Shown: piece after piece, positions 48,445-57,505 of the stretch
Numbering within the stretch: position 1 is the stretch's first letter
Layout of the letters: the number at the start of each line of letters is the position of its first letter
From: a virus
IMG/VR virus record: IMGVR_UViG_3300017987_000071
Coordinates: 19,733-83,732 of that record
Length of the DNA stretch: 64,000 bases
Strand: one strand, 5' to 3'
The notes under the pieces: generated by a model
Seen by the model: only the letters and a program-made list of their open reading frames with translations
Databases searched by the model: none
Told to the model about the DNA's origin: nothing
Made by a program: the position numbers and the translations under genes

Positions 48445-48984
48445 CTAAGCCCTTCTAACCGCGCGATTAATAAACAATACAATATCCGTAGAACTCTTAC
48501 CTATACCTACCAACTGCAAAAACGTTCCAAAACCCAAAGGAGGTAATGCTTGAATAGCCCCAGCGACCGTCGATGATATAAAATAACGAGAACCCGCTGT
48601 AAGGCCCGACTGATTACCATCTTCACCAGCAAGCAAAATCTTACCTGTATTCCCGGATGTAATTGCTTCCATCGCCACACCAATAGCAGGCATTGTAGTC
48701 CAACTATTGGCTCTTGCCTTACGCACTGTATTGGACGCAGAAACATACACCCAGTCACCAGCAGTTAAAGTCTCACCCGCCGTAAAAACAGCAACCACAG
48801 GCGAATTATTCACTACAAGTGTAGGGATCTCCGCCAAGCAAGCTTCAACATTAGTACCCACATAATTGCCCGCAGTATCTCTAACTCCAGTCTGATCAGC
48901 ACCCGATGGTGTACCCGTAGACGCTAACTCATTAGCATCTACGATTTCTATATCCACAAGTTGGTCTGCTCTAATCTTTCCCAT
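48445..48984 (-). CDS. Capsid decoration/cement-like (DUF2190-like) protein
   Basis: AGETLTAGDWVY...AIGVAMEAI..G..G. Confidence 0.65.
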   Translation of the reverse strand: MGKIRADQLVDIEIVDANELASTGTPSGADQTGVRDTAGNYVGTNVEACLAEIPTLVVNNSPVVAVFTAGETLTAGDWVYVSASNTVRKARANSWTTMPAIGVAMEAITSGNTGKILLAGEDGNQSGLTAGSRYFISSTVAGAIQALPPLGFGTFLQLVGIGKSSTDIVLFINRAVRRA

Positions 48985-49406
48985 TAGGCCTTCTCGTAAT
49001 GAACCACCAATAAATCAGGATTACCTGGAGCATCTCTTGGGGCATCACCAAGCGTAATAACTGTTTCGCCTGAAACCATATAAAACTCATCATCATCATC
49101 ATTATCGGTTGCAGCAGGCACCAAATTCAACGCTACACCGTTCAATAAAGGCTGCACATTGGTCTGATAAGGTGCTGTAGCAAGTGTAAAAAGCGTATTA
49201 GTACTATTAATTGTTCCCGTAGGCGTCTCATGCCAAACCTCGGTACGCTGAGCAGCAATCTCACGGGAATTAGTCCCATCATGATTATGTCCATCAGTAC
49301 CAGTATCAAACAGAATTTTAGTCTCCTGAATAGAAGCATCTGTTGCAACCTGAGCGTCATACAAAGACCCATCTAACGCCTGAGTATTTAATCTTACTTT
49401 ACCCAT
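48984..49406 (-). CDS. Small virion fibre/baseplate-type domain protein
   Basis: GHNHDG; ETPTGTINSTNTLFTL...LNGV; similar to 49419..49703. Confidence 0.65.
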   Translation of the reverse strand: MGKVRLNTQALDGSLYDAQVATDASIQETKILFDTGTDGHNHDGTNSREIAAQRTEVWHETPTGTINSTNTLFTLATAPYQTNVQPLLNGVALNLVPAATDNDDDDEFYMVSGETVITLGDAPRDAPGNPDLLVVHYEKA

Positions 49407-49418
49407 TAAAAAAGCCTC

Positions 49419-49703
49419 CTAAGCAATATCGTAATCTCCAGACACCACATCAGGCGCAATCTCTGAACGAGGTGCCTCAACCAACGTAACCTCGGAAGCC
49501 CCACTCACCGAGAACTCATTATTCTCTAACCGAACACCATTCAAATAGAGCACTATATTTGCAAAAGGACTAGCGGTAATAAACACCTTATTAACGCCAT
49601 TAACAATCCCTTGCAACTTCTCATTATAAACTCTTAAAGAAGACGGACCGCCACCACCTCCGCCACCTGGAGCAACAGGTCGCAACAAGCCACGATCTCC
49701 CAT
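49419..49703 (-). CDS. Small virion fibre/baseplate-type domain protein
   Basis: Poly-Gly then E...G.VNGVNKVF...LYLNGVRL...AP. Confidence 0.65.
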   Translation of the reverse strand: MGDRGLLRPVAPGGGGGGGPSSLRVYNEKLQGIVNGVNKVFITASPFANIVLYLNGVRLENNEFSVSGASEVTLVEAPRSEIAPDVVSGDYDIA

Positions 49704-49708
49704 CTATA

Positions 49709-51805
49709 TTATCCCTTCTTGTAACTATACCGTTCTTCGGTATCCTTTCGACAAAGCAAACACGAAAAGTCATTCGAGTGCTTGAGTTTAACATACTCGA
49801 TAACCACCAGGCCACAATCCTTTGCCAGCTGTTTCATCCCTGCCTCACCCACTATACACAAATGCTCACCAGCAAACAGTGTATTCAAATGTCCCCACTT
49901 CCCAGGGGACCGCAAATCGCAAGCATCTGCATCAGGACTTACAACAGATATTGCCCCCACCGGAGACAATCCATCCAGCATACGCTTCAGCACCTTCTTT
50001 GGGTCAGCAAAATGCTCCAGAGTCTGATGGCAAATAATCAGATCATATTTCTTCTCGCCAAAATCATATTGTTCAAAATCTGCAACCGCAACTTCCTGTT
50101 TCAAATTCCAATGATGTTTTGCTTCCCTAATAGCATCCTTGCTAACATCTATGCCAGTTACATCCCACCCAAGACGCTTCATCTCAGCTAACACAGTCCC
50201 AATATTGCAACCTATCTCAAAAACATTCCCATTATACCAAAAATAGGGTGCAAAACGCTGACTAAGGCTACGTGCAGAACGCTTACAAGCTTCCACATAT
50301 GCCTCATTTTTATAGATATTGAGATACTTTGTCCGACGACCATACAAGCGATGTTGTTCCTTCATATTCGGTGTTGGATCACAAACTATAGTCCCACACT
50401 TCTCACAACGATAGTAACCAAAACGCCCTTTACGACACAAAAACGAATTAAGAGAACAATAGCAAACAGGACATGTAGAAATCGAATTCTGTGCATCTGG
50501 TTTAACAAAACTAGACCGAAGAGGCAAATCACAACCCCTCTCATAAGTCTCCTGTAGAATAGCAACACTAGCACTAAACACTTGACCCGCAGTAATTTCC
50601 TCCATACACAAAGGATCATCCGTACCACGCACCCGTTTACTATTAGGACACCCAGTATGATGCAAAAAACAAGGAGCGCAATAATAATCCCTCTGGAGCC
50701 AATATGCCTTCGGATATGTTCCTAAACGAAGAGATGCATCAAAACTAGCAAAAATTCCCAAACAGGGGGTATCCACTGAAGCAGCTATATGCAAAAGACC
50801 ACTATCAGGTCCTATAACCAACTCTGCTTGTTTGCACAAACAAGCAATCTCCAAAAGGCCCAACCTGTTTATAAAATATTTTATATTGTCCGGCTCAGCA
50901 ATGTTTACATACTGTGCTGTACTCTTAGTGCGTCGGCGACTGATTTTCTTCTTAGTAAAGCGTATTGGGGCATTGCAAAAAGCACACGCAGACTCAAACG
51001 GATCTTTCGGCAACTTACCCAACATAATCACAGTATCCCACTTGCGGCACGCCTCACACTGAAACCACCGCCGCTTCCGAACATCATCATTCAACCCTAC
51101 TAAGCAAATATACTTGTCTGGATACTTCCGAGTCAACAGCATTGCCAACTCGCGAGTATACCTCAGAGGCCAATTCCGTACAGCAGTAGACGTATCTGTC
51201 TGAATAACAATTAAAGCATCTTCCGAAGCAATACCCCAATCCGCTTCCAATCGCTTTCTAAACATATCTTCTACAACGACAGGGATATGTAAATCAGGAA
51301 CCTTATCCTCAATTGGCACGCCTAACCATTCTTCATAAAGTTCATATGTGTTAACAATCTCCGACAAGGCATTGCCAGCAATAATACCAGAGAAATCATA
51401 GGAAGCATCAAACTGATCAACATAATGACCTAATTGATGCTTTGAGCAATTCATAAAATGATCAATATACGGATTATGCTTAAGAAGCTCAAACCGATGA
51501 ATATCAGTTGCCAAATGCAACTCCACCTTTGGATGCTTCTCCTTATATGCTTTTATTGCAGCAGTTGCCATAAGCACATCACCTATACCGCCCCAACGAA
51601 TACATAAAATCCGCTCTGGATCACCAGTATCTAATTCCTTAAACCAATCTGGACTAACATCCTTATAACCTAACCCAGTAAAGAAGCGATACCAATATTG
51701 CTCAGTTACTAAAGCAACCCCACCAGCAAACTTATGCCCAAAAAGGTCACCGGTAACATTTTCTCCAACCAACGGTGGAGCTTTAACAAGCCAAACTCGT
51801 CCCAC
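49709..51805 (-). CDS. GT9 glycosyltransferase fused to a Zn-ribbon and class I methyltransferase
   Basis: GGIGDVLM, RNWP, IGPDSGLLHIAA; CPVC...CEKC; FEIGCNIG, HQTLEH. Confidence 0.9.
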   Translation of the reverse strand: MGRVWLVKAPPLVGENVTGDLFGHKFAGGVALVTEQYWYRFFTGLGYKDVSPDWFKELDTGDPERILCIRWGGIGDVLMATAAIKAYKEKHPKVELHLATDIHRFELLKHNPYIDHFMNCSKHQLGHYVDQFDASYDFSGIIAGNALSEIVNTYELYEEWLGVPIEDKVPDLHIPVVVEDMFRKRLEADWGIASEDALIVIQTDTSTAVRNWPLRYTRELAMLLTRKYPDKYICLVGLNDDVRKRRWFQCEACRKWDTVIMLGKLPKDPFESACAFCNAPIRFTKKKISRRRTKSTAQYVNIAEPDNIKYFINRLGLLEIACLCKQAELVIGPDSGLLHIAASVDTPCLGIFASFDASLRLGTYPKAYWLQRDYYCAPCFLHHTGCPNSKRVRGTDDPLCMEEITAGQVFSASVAILQETYERGCDLPLRSSFVKPDAQNSISTCPVCYCSLNSFLCRKGRFGYYRCEKCGTIVCDPTPNMKEQHRLYGRRTKYLNIYKNEAYVEACKRSARSLSQRFAPYFWYNGNVFEIGCNIGTVLAEMKRLGWDVTGIDVSKDAIREAKHHWNLKQEVAVADFEQYDFGEKKYDLIICHQTLEHFADPKKVLKRMLDGLSPVGAISVVSPDADACDLRSPGKWGHLNTLFAGEHLCIVGEAGMKQLAKDCGLVVIEYVKLKHSNDFSCLLCRKDTEERYSYKKG

Positions 51806-51819
51806 TAAGTCACCTCCTG

Positions 51820-52050
51820 TTACTTCTTTGGATGCTTCTTATAATACTCTCTCAACTCTTGTTGCCATTTACCTGGCTTCAAACGGCCTTGCTTAGCCAT
51901 ATTAACAGCAGCAGCAACTGCTCGCTGATGCCCATTCTTGTACTTCTTACCCCACTTCTCAACATTCATGAAGTAAGCAATCTTTGCACTAACCAAAGGG
52001 TTCTTGCGATAATCCTTAGCCTGCTCTATCAACAAGCGAGCGATATACAA
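51820..52050 (-). CDS. Small basic head-associated protein
   Basis: RLLIEQ N-terminus; QRAVAAAVNMA motif. Confidence 0.6.
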   Translation of the reverse strand: MYIARLLIEQAKDYRKNPLVSAKIAYFMNVEKWGKKYKNGHQRAVAAAVNMAKQGRLKPGKWQQELREYYKKHPKK

Positions 52051-52068
52051 CCGCTCTGACTCTGGCAG

Positions 52069-54222
52069 TCAAGTTAAACAATCTTCTTTAGATTCCATAT
52101 GATACTTCGCCTTCAACTCCTCCAACTTAGCATCATATATCTTATTCAATTGTGCAATAGCCTGACGACGCTTCTGATCTATCCGAGCACGAGCGATAAC
52201 ATCAGCACCATACTTCTCTTCAGCAGCACGCGCAGCAGAGTTAACAGCCAATACAGACTGAAAATAATCTCGCTCAACGCCAGCCAACGTCCCACGATAT
52301 TGTCTTTCTAAGGAATTTACTTCCCTAGTATCTCGCTCAGCAGATCGACCAATCTGCGTAATCCAGTCCTTTACAACCTTAAACTTATCCGCCAACGAAG
52401 CCAAAAAACCAGTACGCTCACACAAATCTCTTATTGCCTCCACCACAATATGCTTTGGCACAGCACCCAACGACTCCTTAGTTATAGCAATACTAGGATA
52501 AGCAGCATGCACCTTTCGCTGAATAATCTTAACCAATTGCTCTAACGATCCCGTAAACCATTTAGGAGCATTATCATACTGCTTAACGCGAGCCAATGCA
52601 TTCCTTGCTTGCCCTATAGTATTTAGTTTAAAATGTCCTCGTTGATCCTTAACCTGTGGATGAGTATACGGAAGAGCATATTCGCCAACCCGTCTCTCGG
52701 CACTCTTTTTCAATGTCCTACCCGTTTTAGGATTTTTCAATTCTTGTTCAACCAAACGACTTGCCAATACCCTAACTGAACCCAGTCCTAACTTAACTGC
52801 CTCAGACACAGAAGCCTTCACTGTAGCAGGTTTCTTCTCATCGTCTTCATCATCAAACTCCCATTCCCACGGCACATCCCTACTAGCAACATTAGCTGTG
52901 GTAGTTGTTTCAAACAACAGCATATCTCGCATAAAAGACTCAAGCAAATCAGTACGCCCACCGATCTTCGACAAAATTGCTCTAGCCCGCGCAGCGCCAA
53001 ACGCACGACGCAACCACCAGGGATAAATCGTCAGCACCTGGTTCTTCGTAAGATCAAAAGACTTCCCCAACTGCCTCCACGCAGCCAAATACTGCCTATT
53101 GTCTATATCAAACTCATCAAGAAATGTGATAAACGTAGCACCATCAGCACTAAAGCGTACACCAGGTCCTAAAGTCTCACCCTTCTTGCCACCATAACGT
53201 ATATCCAAAACAGGACCAAACGTTACATGCTTATACCGAGTCCAATAAACACCCGGTAAGGATAAGATTCTCTTTAACTCCTTCATTCCCAAATCAACAA
53301 ACTGAGGAGCAACCTGCGTAACTCGCTGTCGCTTAACTCCAATATCTGGCAATCGCTCATGATGTTTAGCCCACGCATAACCCACCGAAGCAATCCCACC
53401 AAACTTTGGACTTGGGTGTGGCTTCAAAGCAGAATAAAGCAAGATGCGTTTAGACACAGGTATAGAAGTATAATTGCCCACAATATTGTATGATGGAGCA
53501 ATAACTGTACTCAAATAATCATAATACGGTGTCAAAGAAGCATCAATAACATCCATATACTTCTTCTCTACCTTCTTACCCTGGGCAACAAACTCAGGAG
53601 AACCCTGCTTAGGTTTACCTGCCTTAAGAGCACGAAGAGCATCCTCCGCTTCTCCAACCCACGAGTAGTCACTAGGAAGCAATTTATTCCAGGTAGACTT
53701 CCATCTACCCTTAGCATTTCTTACCGCTCGCGCCACTGACTGCCATGTTTTCAAAGCAGCACGATAAAACAAATCTGCTGCCATACCGGGAAAATATTTC
53801 TTTTGCCCCATCCGAACAGCATTCCAAAACCGCTTGCCTAGATTGACCTGCCAACGCTGGGTAGCAGAGTCAAAAACGATATAGTCTATCCCCATCAAAG
53901 AGTAATAAACCTTAATCTCCTCAGCACGCTCCTTTGCAGCCAACAACTTTTGCTCAGCATCCGCTATAAACAACAAAACCCGGTCCCGGAACTTAATGTC
54001 CTGGGGTCGGGGATTGGGTAGTCTATCAATCTGAAACACGATAGTCTTATTTTGCTTAATATCTGCCTTCAGATTGCTTATTTCTTCTTGTACTTGATCC
54101 CACTCAGGGCGACCATCTAACTGCACTTTGAGTCCACGAACTATCGAGCGATGCCACTTGCGGGCCTGTTGATAATAAGCATCATCGCTCGCTGTCCATT
54201 CTCTCTCAAGTAATAATTCCAT
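52069..54222 (-). CDS. Multi-module putative internal head polyprotein
   Basis: MELLLE start; internal LLES, LLFETTTTANV, RLVEQE, LCE; HFKLNTIGQARNALARV (DUF6582-like) module. Confidence 0.8.
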   Translation of the reverse strand: MELLLEREWTASDDAYYQQARKWHRSIVRGLKVQLDGRPEWDQVQEEISNLKADIKQNKTIVFQIDRLPNPRPQDIKFRDRVLLFIADAEQKLLAAKERAEEIKVYYSLMGIDYIVFDSATQRWQVNLGKRFWNAVRMGQKKYFPGMAADLFYRAALKTWQSVARAVRNAKGRWKSTWNKLLPSDYSWVGEAEDALRALKAGKPKQGSPEFVAQGKKVEKKYMDVIDASLTPYYDYLSTVIAPSYNIVGNYTSIPVSKRILLYSALKPHPSPKFGGIASVGYAWAKHHERLPDIGVKRQRVTQVAPQFVDLGMKELKRILSLPGVYWTRYKHVTFGPVLDIRYGGKKGETLGPGVRFSADGATFITFLDEFDIDNRQYLAAWRQLGKSFDLTKNQVLTIYPWWLRRAFGAARARAILSKIGGRTDLLESFMRDMLLFETTTTANVASRDVPWEWEFDDEDDEKKPATVKASVSEAVKLGLGSVRVLASRLVEQELKNPKTGRTLKKSAERRVGEYALPYTHPQVKDQRGHFKLNTIGQARNALARVKQYDNAPKWFTGSLEQLVKIIQRKVHAAYPSIAITKESLGAVPKHIVVEAIRDLCERTGFLASLADKFKVVKDWITQIGRSAERDTREVNSLERQYRGTLAGVERDYFQSVLAVNSAARAAEEKYGADVIARARIDQKRRQAIAQLNKIYDAKLEELKAKYHMESKEDCLT

Positions 54223-54253
54223 ACTCCACCCCTTAACTCATTGTCTATCTTGT

Positions 54254-54283
54254 ATTTTAACAAAGTTTAGGAGAAAAAGACAA
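54254..54283 (-). promoter_or_regulatory. Putative sigma70-type promoter
   Basis: TTGTCT-N18-TAAAAT with extended -10 TG, in an intergenic gap upstream of 54222. Confidence 0.4.
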
Positions 54284-54313
54284 CGAAAAAAGGGAGGTGG
54301 AGCGAAATTCTTT

Positions 54314-54508
54314 TCAAGAGTCATCTAAAAGCCACCGCAACTGCTCTGGTACAGAAGACCGAACAACACCCTTATCCTCAAGGTATTCCTCGATCTCCTT
54401 AAGCCTTTGGCGAAGTTTCGACAATTCGTTTTGGTGGTACTGACAAGCAGAAATAATATTAGCACGAATGGTAAGCAAATCATTAACTGCTAAATTAAAC
54501 TGCCTCAT
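54314..54508 (-). CDS. Small coiled-coil protein
   Basis: ATGA overlap with upstream gene. Confidence 0.55.
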   Translation of the reverse strand: MRQFNLAVNDLLTIRANIISACQYHQNELSKLRQRLKEIEEYLEDKGVVRSSVPEQLRWLLDDS

Positions 54509-54690
54509 ACCACCCCACGAGCCTTATCTTTCTGGTAATGGCACTTCTTATATTTCTTACCCGAACCACACCAGCAGAGCTTATTGCGAAGCGTTTTTGG
54601 AAAAAGGCGCCGGTCTGGTGTACGTGGCACACCAGTCAACGGAGCAGGTTTATAATGTGCCATAGATTGTCGTGGCTTCTTTATCTTCAC
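54505..54690 (-). CDS. SEC-C motif protein
   Basis: RNKLCWCGSGKKYKKCH. Confidence 0.85.
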   Translation of the reverse strand: MKIKKPRQSMAHYKPAPLTGVPRTPDRRLFPKTLRNKLCWCGSGKKYKKCHYQKDKARGVV

Positions 54691-55007
54691 GCTATAGCCA
54701 CCTGCATCAGCACCCTAAACACAATCCGTAAAATACGGACTATGCCATCTAAAGTTGAATCGCTTAAATCTATCTTCTTCATCTTGAGAAGATTCTTAAG
54801 GTCAAGAAGCGTAGTATCATAAGCATCACGATACTCTGCTTCCTTCTCTTTATTACCAGCAGTCTTCATCTGTGCAACCCGATAACGCAATTCAGATTGA
54901 TCCTTAGCAATTTCTTCAAACACATGGCGATACCGAGCAAAAGTATCCTCACCAGCCTCTCGACGAATAACATTAAGAGCTACAGCAACCCAATCATTCT
55001 TGTCCAC
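54687..55007 (-). CDS. Hypothetical helical protein
   Basis: Tiles in operon. Confidence 0.6.
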   Translation of the reverse strand: MDKNDWVAVALNVIRREAGEDTFARYRHVFEEIAKDQSELRYRVAQMKTAGNKEKEAEYRDAYDTTLLDLKNLLKMKKIDLSDSTLDGIVRILRIVFRVLMQVAIA

Positions 55008-55372
55008 TACTTACCACCTTTCTCTTTTGCTTTAGCTTCTTCTGCCTCAATCGCCTCCAATTGCTTACGCAACCGAAGACCCCAGTTATCAATCCAACGT
55101 ATATATACCTTCTTAGTAAGGTCATCCCACTTAGGGTCTGCCTGAATCCTACGTTTATAATCTGGTGCCATCTTATTGTAGTTTTCCAATTCCAGTTGCA
55201 CCAAATCCTTATTTGGGTTGCTTTGACAACCTGTTGTCATAATCGCTAAAAGAATGATGAAGGCAGCAACCGGCACCAACACCATCATTTTTTGAAACTT
55301 ATTCATCTCTGCCCATTGCCTCCATATGCGTTTAGCCAACCGAACCTTTTGTTCTATATTAGCTTCAGCCAT
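55007..55372 (-). CDS. Putative lipoprotein / membrane protein
   Basis: Hydrophobic stretch ending in lipobox-like MTTGC. Confidence 0.6.
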   Translation of the reverse strand: MAEANIEQKVRLAKRIWRQWAEMNKFQKMMVLVPVAAFIILLAIMTTGCQSNPNKDLVQLELENYNKMAPDYKRRIQADPKWDDLTKKVYIRWIDNWGLRLRKQLEAIEAEEAKAKEKGGK

Positions 55373-55375
55373 AAT

Positions 55376-55876
55376 CTACTCCTCAAGTTTTAATGCATCC
55401 AACCCACTGGCAACTTCGCCACCACCAGCAGTACCTGTTGTCTCTGGGGGGTCTGGTTTCTCAGTCCTAACGGTTTCAGGCAACTTATCTGGTTTTGCTT
55501 CAGGGGCATCATTTAACTTATCCATCAATCCTTGTATCTTACTACGAAACACAGAAGATTCTATTAGCATATTAAACAGTGGGAAGAACTTCTCTATACC
55601 AAGACGCTTAAATGTATCCTCTCCCATCTCCTTTGCCATAGCCTGAATGCGTTCATATGTAAGATTAGTTTCCCCCTGCTTTTTGCGAAAACCAACCTTT
55701 TGCTCTACTGCCATAAAGATGGTATCCACAACATCCTTCAAAAACCCCCATTGCTTCTGGGTAACCTCTATACCCTTTGCCTCATCCTTCTCTTTCAACC
55801 ACTTATTGTATGCCCAAGTAAACAAAGCCATGCACAAGGCAATAACAACAGGATGCAAAAGTTCAACAAAATTCAT
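55376..55876 (-). CDS. Holin-like membrane protein (LL-H type)
   Basis: N-terminal TM; 'VVDTIFMAVEQ' and 'LIESSV' resemble LL-H-type holins. Confidence 0.5.
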   Translation of the reverse strand: MNFVELLHPVVIALCMALFTWAYNKWLKEKDEAKGIEVTQKQWGFLKDVVDTIFMAVEQKVGFRKKQGETNLTYERIQAMAKEMGEDTFKRLGIEKFFPLFNMLIESSVFRSKIQGLMDKLNDAPEAKPDKLPETVRTEKPDPPETTGTAGGGEVASGLDALKLEE

Positions 55877-55878
55877 AA

Positions 55879-56637
55879 CTATCTCCTCTGACGCTGGATG
55901 CGTCGTAACTGTCTCAAATGATACTCTTTAGAACGCTGCCTACGTTGCACACGTTCAAACTCTGCCTCACCAACCTCACGAATATCAAGTTGGCAACGGC
56001 ATCGCGTCAAACATAAAGTATCCCCACTTCTAGGGGATGTAGGCAAACTAGCCTTCGAGTAGGGGCTATTCCTACGCAAATACTGGCATGACGCACAAAC
56101 CCGCCCATCATGCTCAGCAACCCAATTAATAACCACTGTTGGTGGAGCACCAATAACCCTTGCAGAAGTCATCAATCCATATAGTGTATCAATATACATA
56201 TCAACACGCTTCTCTACTGGCATCTTAAGTTTGCCAGCAACCACGTCCTTAATAAATTTGTTTACATACTTCATCTCATCCCTGATTGCAGACTTCAACC
56301 AGCGACGTTCTTCATCAGTAACTTCTCGTTGGCTTGTACCTCCAGTCCAAAAACCTACATCAAATAGTTCCGTCATAGCATCCCGAATAGCACTCCGCAG
56401 CCGAAACTCCAACTGGCTTTTACGTATTCGTCCCTGCTGAAATTTCTTAATGCTATCCAGCATCTCAATGCGCACTCGATCACGCATATAATCGAAAAAC
56501 GCAACCGCTTTTCGTCCTCTCGCAGTTCGCAAACGATTCAGTTTAAGTCTACCTCTACTACTTCTAACAGAAGAAAGTTGCGAAAGTTCACGACTACTTA
56601 ACCGGCCACGACGCAAATGTGCTAATGACTTACCCAT
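55879..56637 (-). CDS. Head morphogenesis protein (Mu gpF/SPP1 gp7-like)
   Basis: W...HDGRVCASC...P..G.T.C...CRC C-terminal signature; near portal. Confidence 0.75.
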   Translation of the reverse strand: MGKSLAHLRRGRLSSRELSQLSSVRSSRGRLKLNRLRTARGRKAVAFFDYMRDRVRIEMLDSIKKFQQGRIRKSQLEFRLRSAIRDAMTELFDVGFWTGGTSQREVTDEERRWLKSAIRDEMKYVNKFIKDVVAGKLKMPVEKRVDMYIDTLYGLMTSARVIGAPPTVVINWVAEHDGRVCASCQYLRRNSPYSKASLPTSPRSGDTLCLTRCRCQLDIREVGEAEFERVQRRQRSKEYHLRQLRRIQRQRR

Positions 56638-56641
56638 GCAA

Positions 56642-56833
56642 TTACCCTAAAAGCAACCTGCCTTTATCTGTACTTTCCTGTAGAGGGAGTCGACGCTCCT
56701 TGCCACACTCAACACACTGAAACACTCGACAACCATCAGATGAACTCACATACACCCAATTATGCTCACACTGCTGACTACGAACTGCTTCACGCTTTGG
56801 GTCATCCTCTAACAACAATCTACTTTTCACCAT
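56642..56833 (-). CDS. Small zinc-binding protein
   Basis: CEH...CVEC flanked by RLLLED and RLLLG. Confidence 0.6.
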   Translation of the reverse strand: MVKSRLLLEDDPKREAVRSQQCEHNWVYVSSSDGCRVFQCVECGKERRLPLQESTDKGRLLLG

Positions 56834-57188
56834 CTGTAACCCTCACAAACTGGTCTCTAAAAGGAGAGTTTGTAAACATCGAAGTTCCCACACCCTTATA
56901 AAGATGAAGCCAAATACGAACTCGCCCATTATCCACATGCGATTTATTAGCATGGAAATGGGATGACTTCCAGCAACCCGGTGGGTAATAAGTCGCCTTA
57001 ATCCGCCCAAACTTTGGGAAAACAACATCTAACCCTAGTAAAATAGCACGTTCCACCGAGCGGCTAAATGCAGTAATAACCTTCTCAGCGGTCTTATCGC
57101 TAATACCCCCCTCTTCCATCAGCACCTTAGTAAAATAAAGACCAACATCATCACTCATTTGCATCCCCCTATTCCTTACGATACACAT
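56820..57188 (-). CDS. HU/IHF-like DNA-binding protein
   Basis: Helical N-half, then VVFPKFG and beta-arm; paralog of next gene. Confidence 0.65.
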   Translation of the reverse strand: MCIVRNRGMQMSDDVGLYFTKVLMEEGGISDKTAEKVITAFSRSVERAILLGLDVVFPKFGRIKATYYPPGCWKSSHFHANKSHVDNGRVRIWLHLYKGVGTSMFTNSPFRDQFVRVTDGEK

Positions 57189-57504
57189 GTCTTAAAGGAG
57201 AACGACGAAATAACTTAGTGCCCAATTTCTCCTCCAACCTAAAACAAACACGAATCCGCCCAGCGTCTAAATACTCCCCTTTAGTCTTGGTATTTGTAAA
57301 ATGTATACGACGCTTCTTCCCTGGTGGGATAAACCTTCCAGTAATACACCCCAAGCGCCCCACTGGTACAGTTATACCCTGCTCCAACGCTCTGCGAATA
57401 CTCACACCCACTAATTTATGCATACGCTCAGCATACCCCCGACTACAACCCAACTCCTGCATAAAAATACGTATGTAAGCATCTCTCTCTCGTTTTGGCT
57501 CCAC
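57169..57504 (-). CDS. HU/IHF-like DNA-binding protein
   Basis: ALEQGITVPVGRLG...arm...RIRVCF. Confidence 0.65.
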   Translation of the reverse strand: MEPKRERDAYIRIFMQELGCSRGYAERMHKLVGVSIRRALEQGITVPVGRLGCITGRFIPPGKKRRIHFTNTKTKGEYLDAGRIRVCFRLEEKLGTKLFRRSPLRHVYRKE

Positions 57505-57505
57505 T

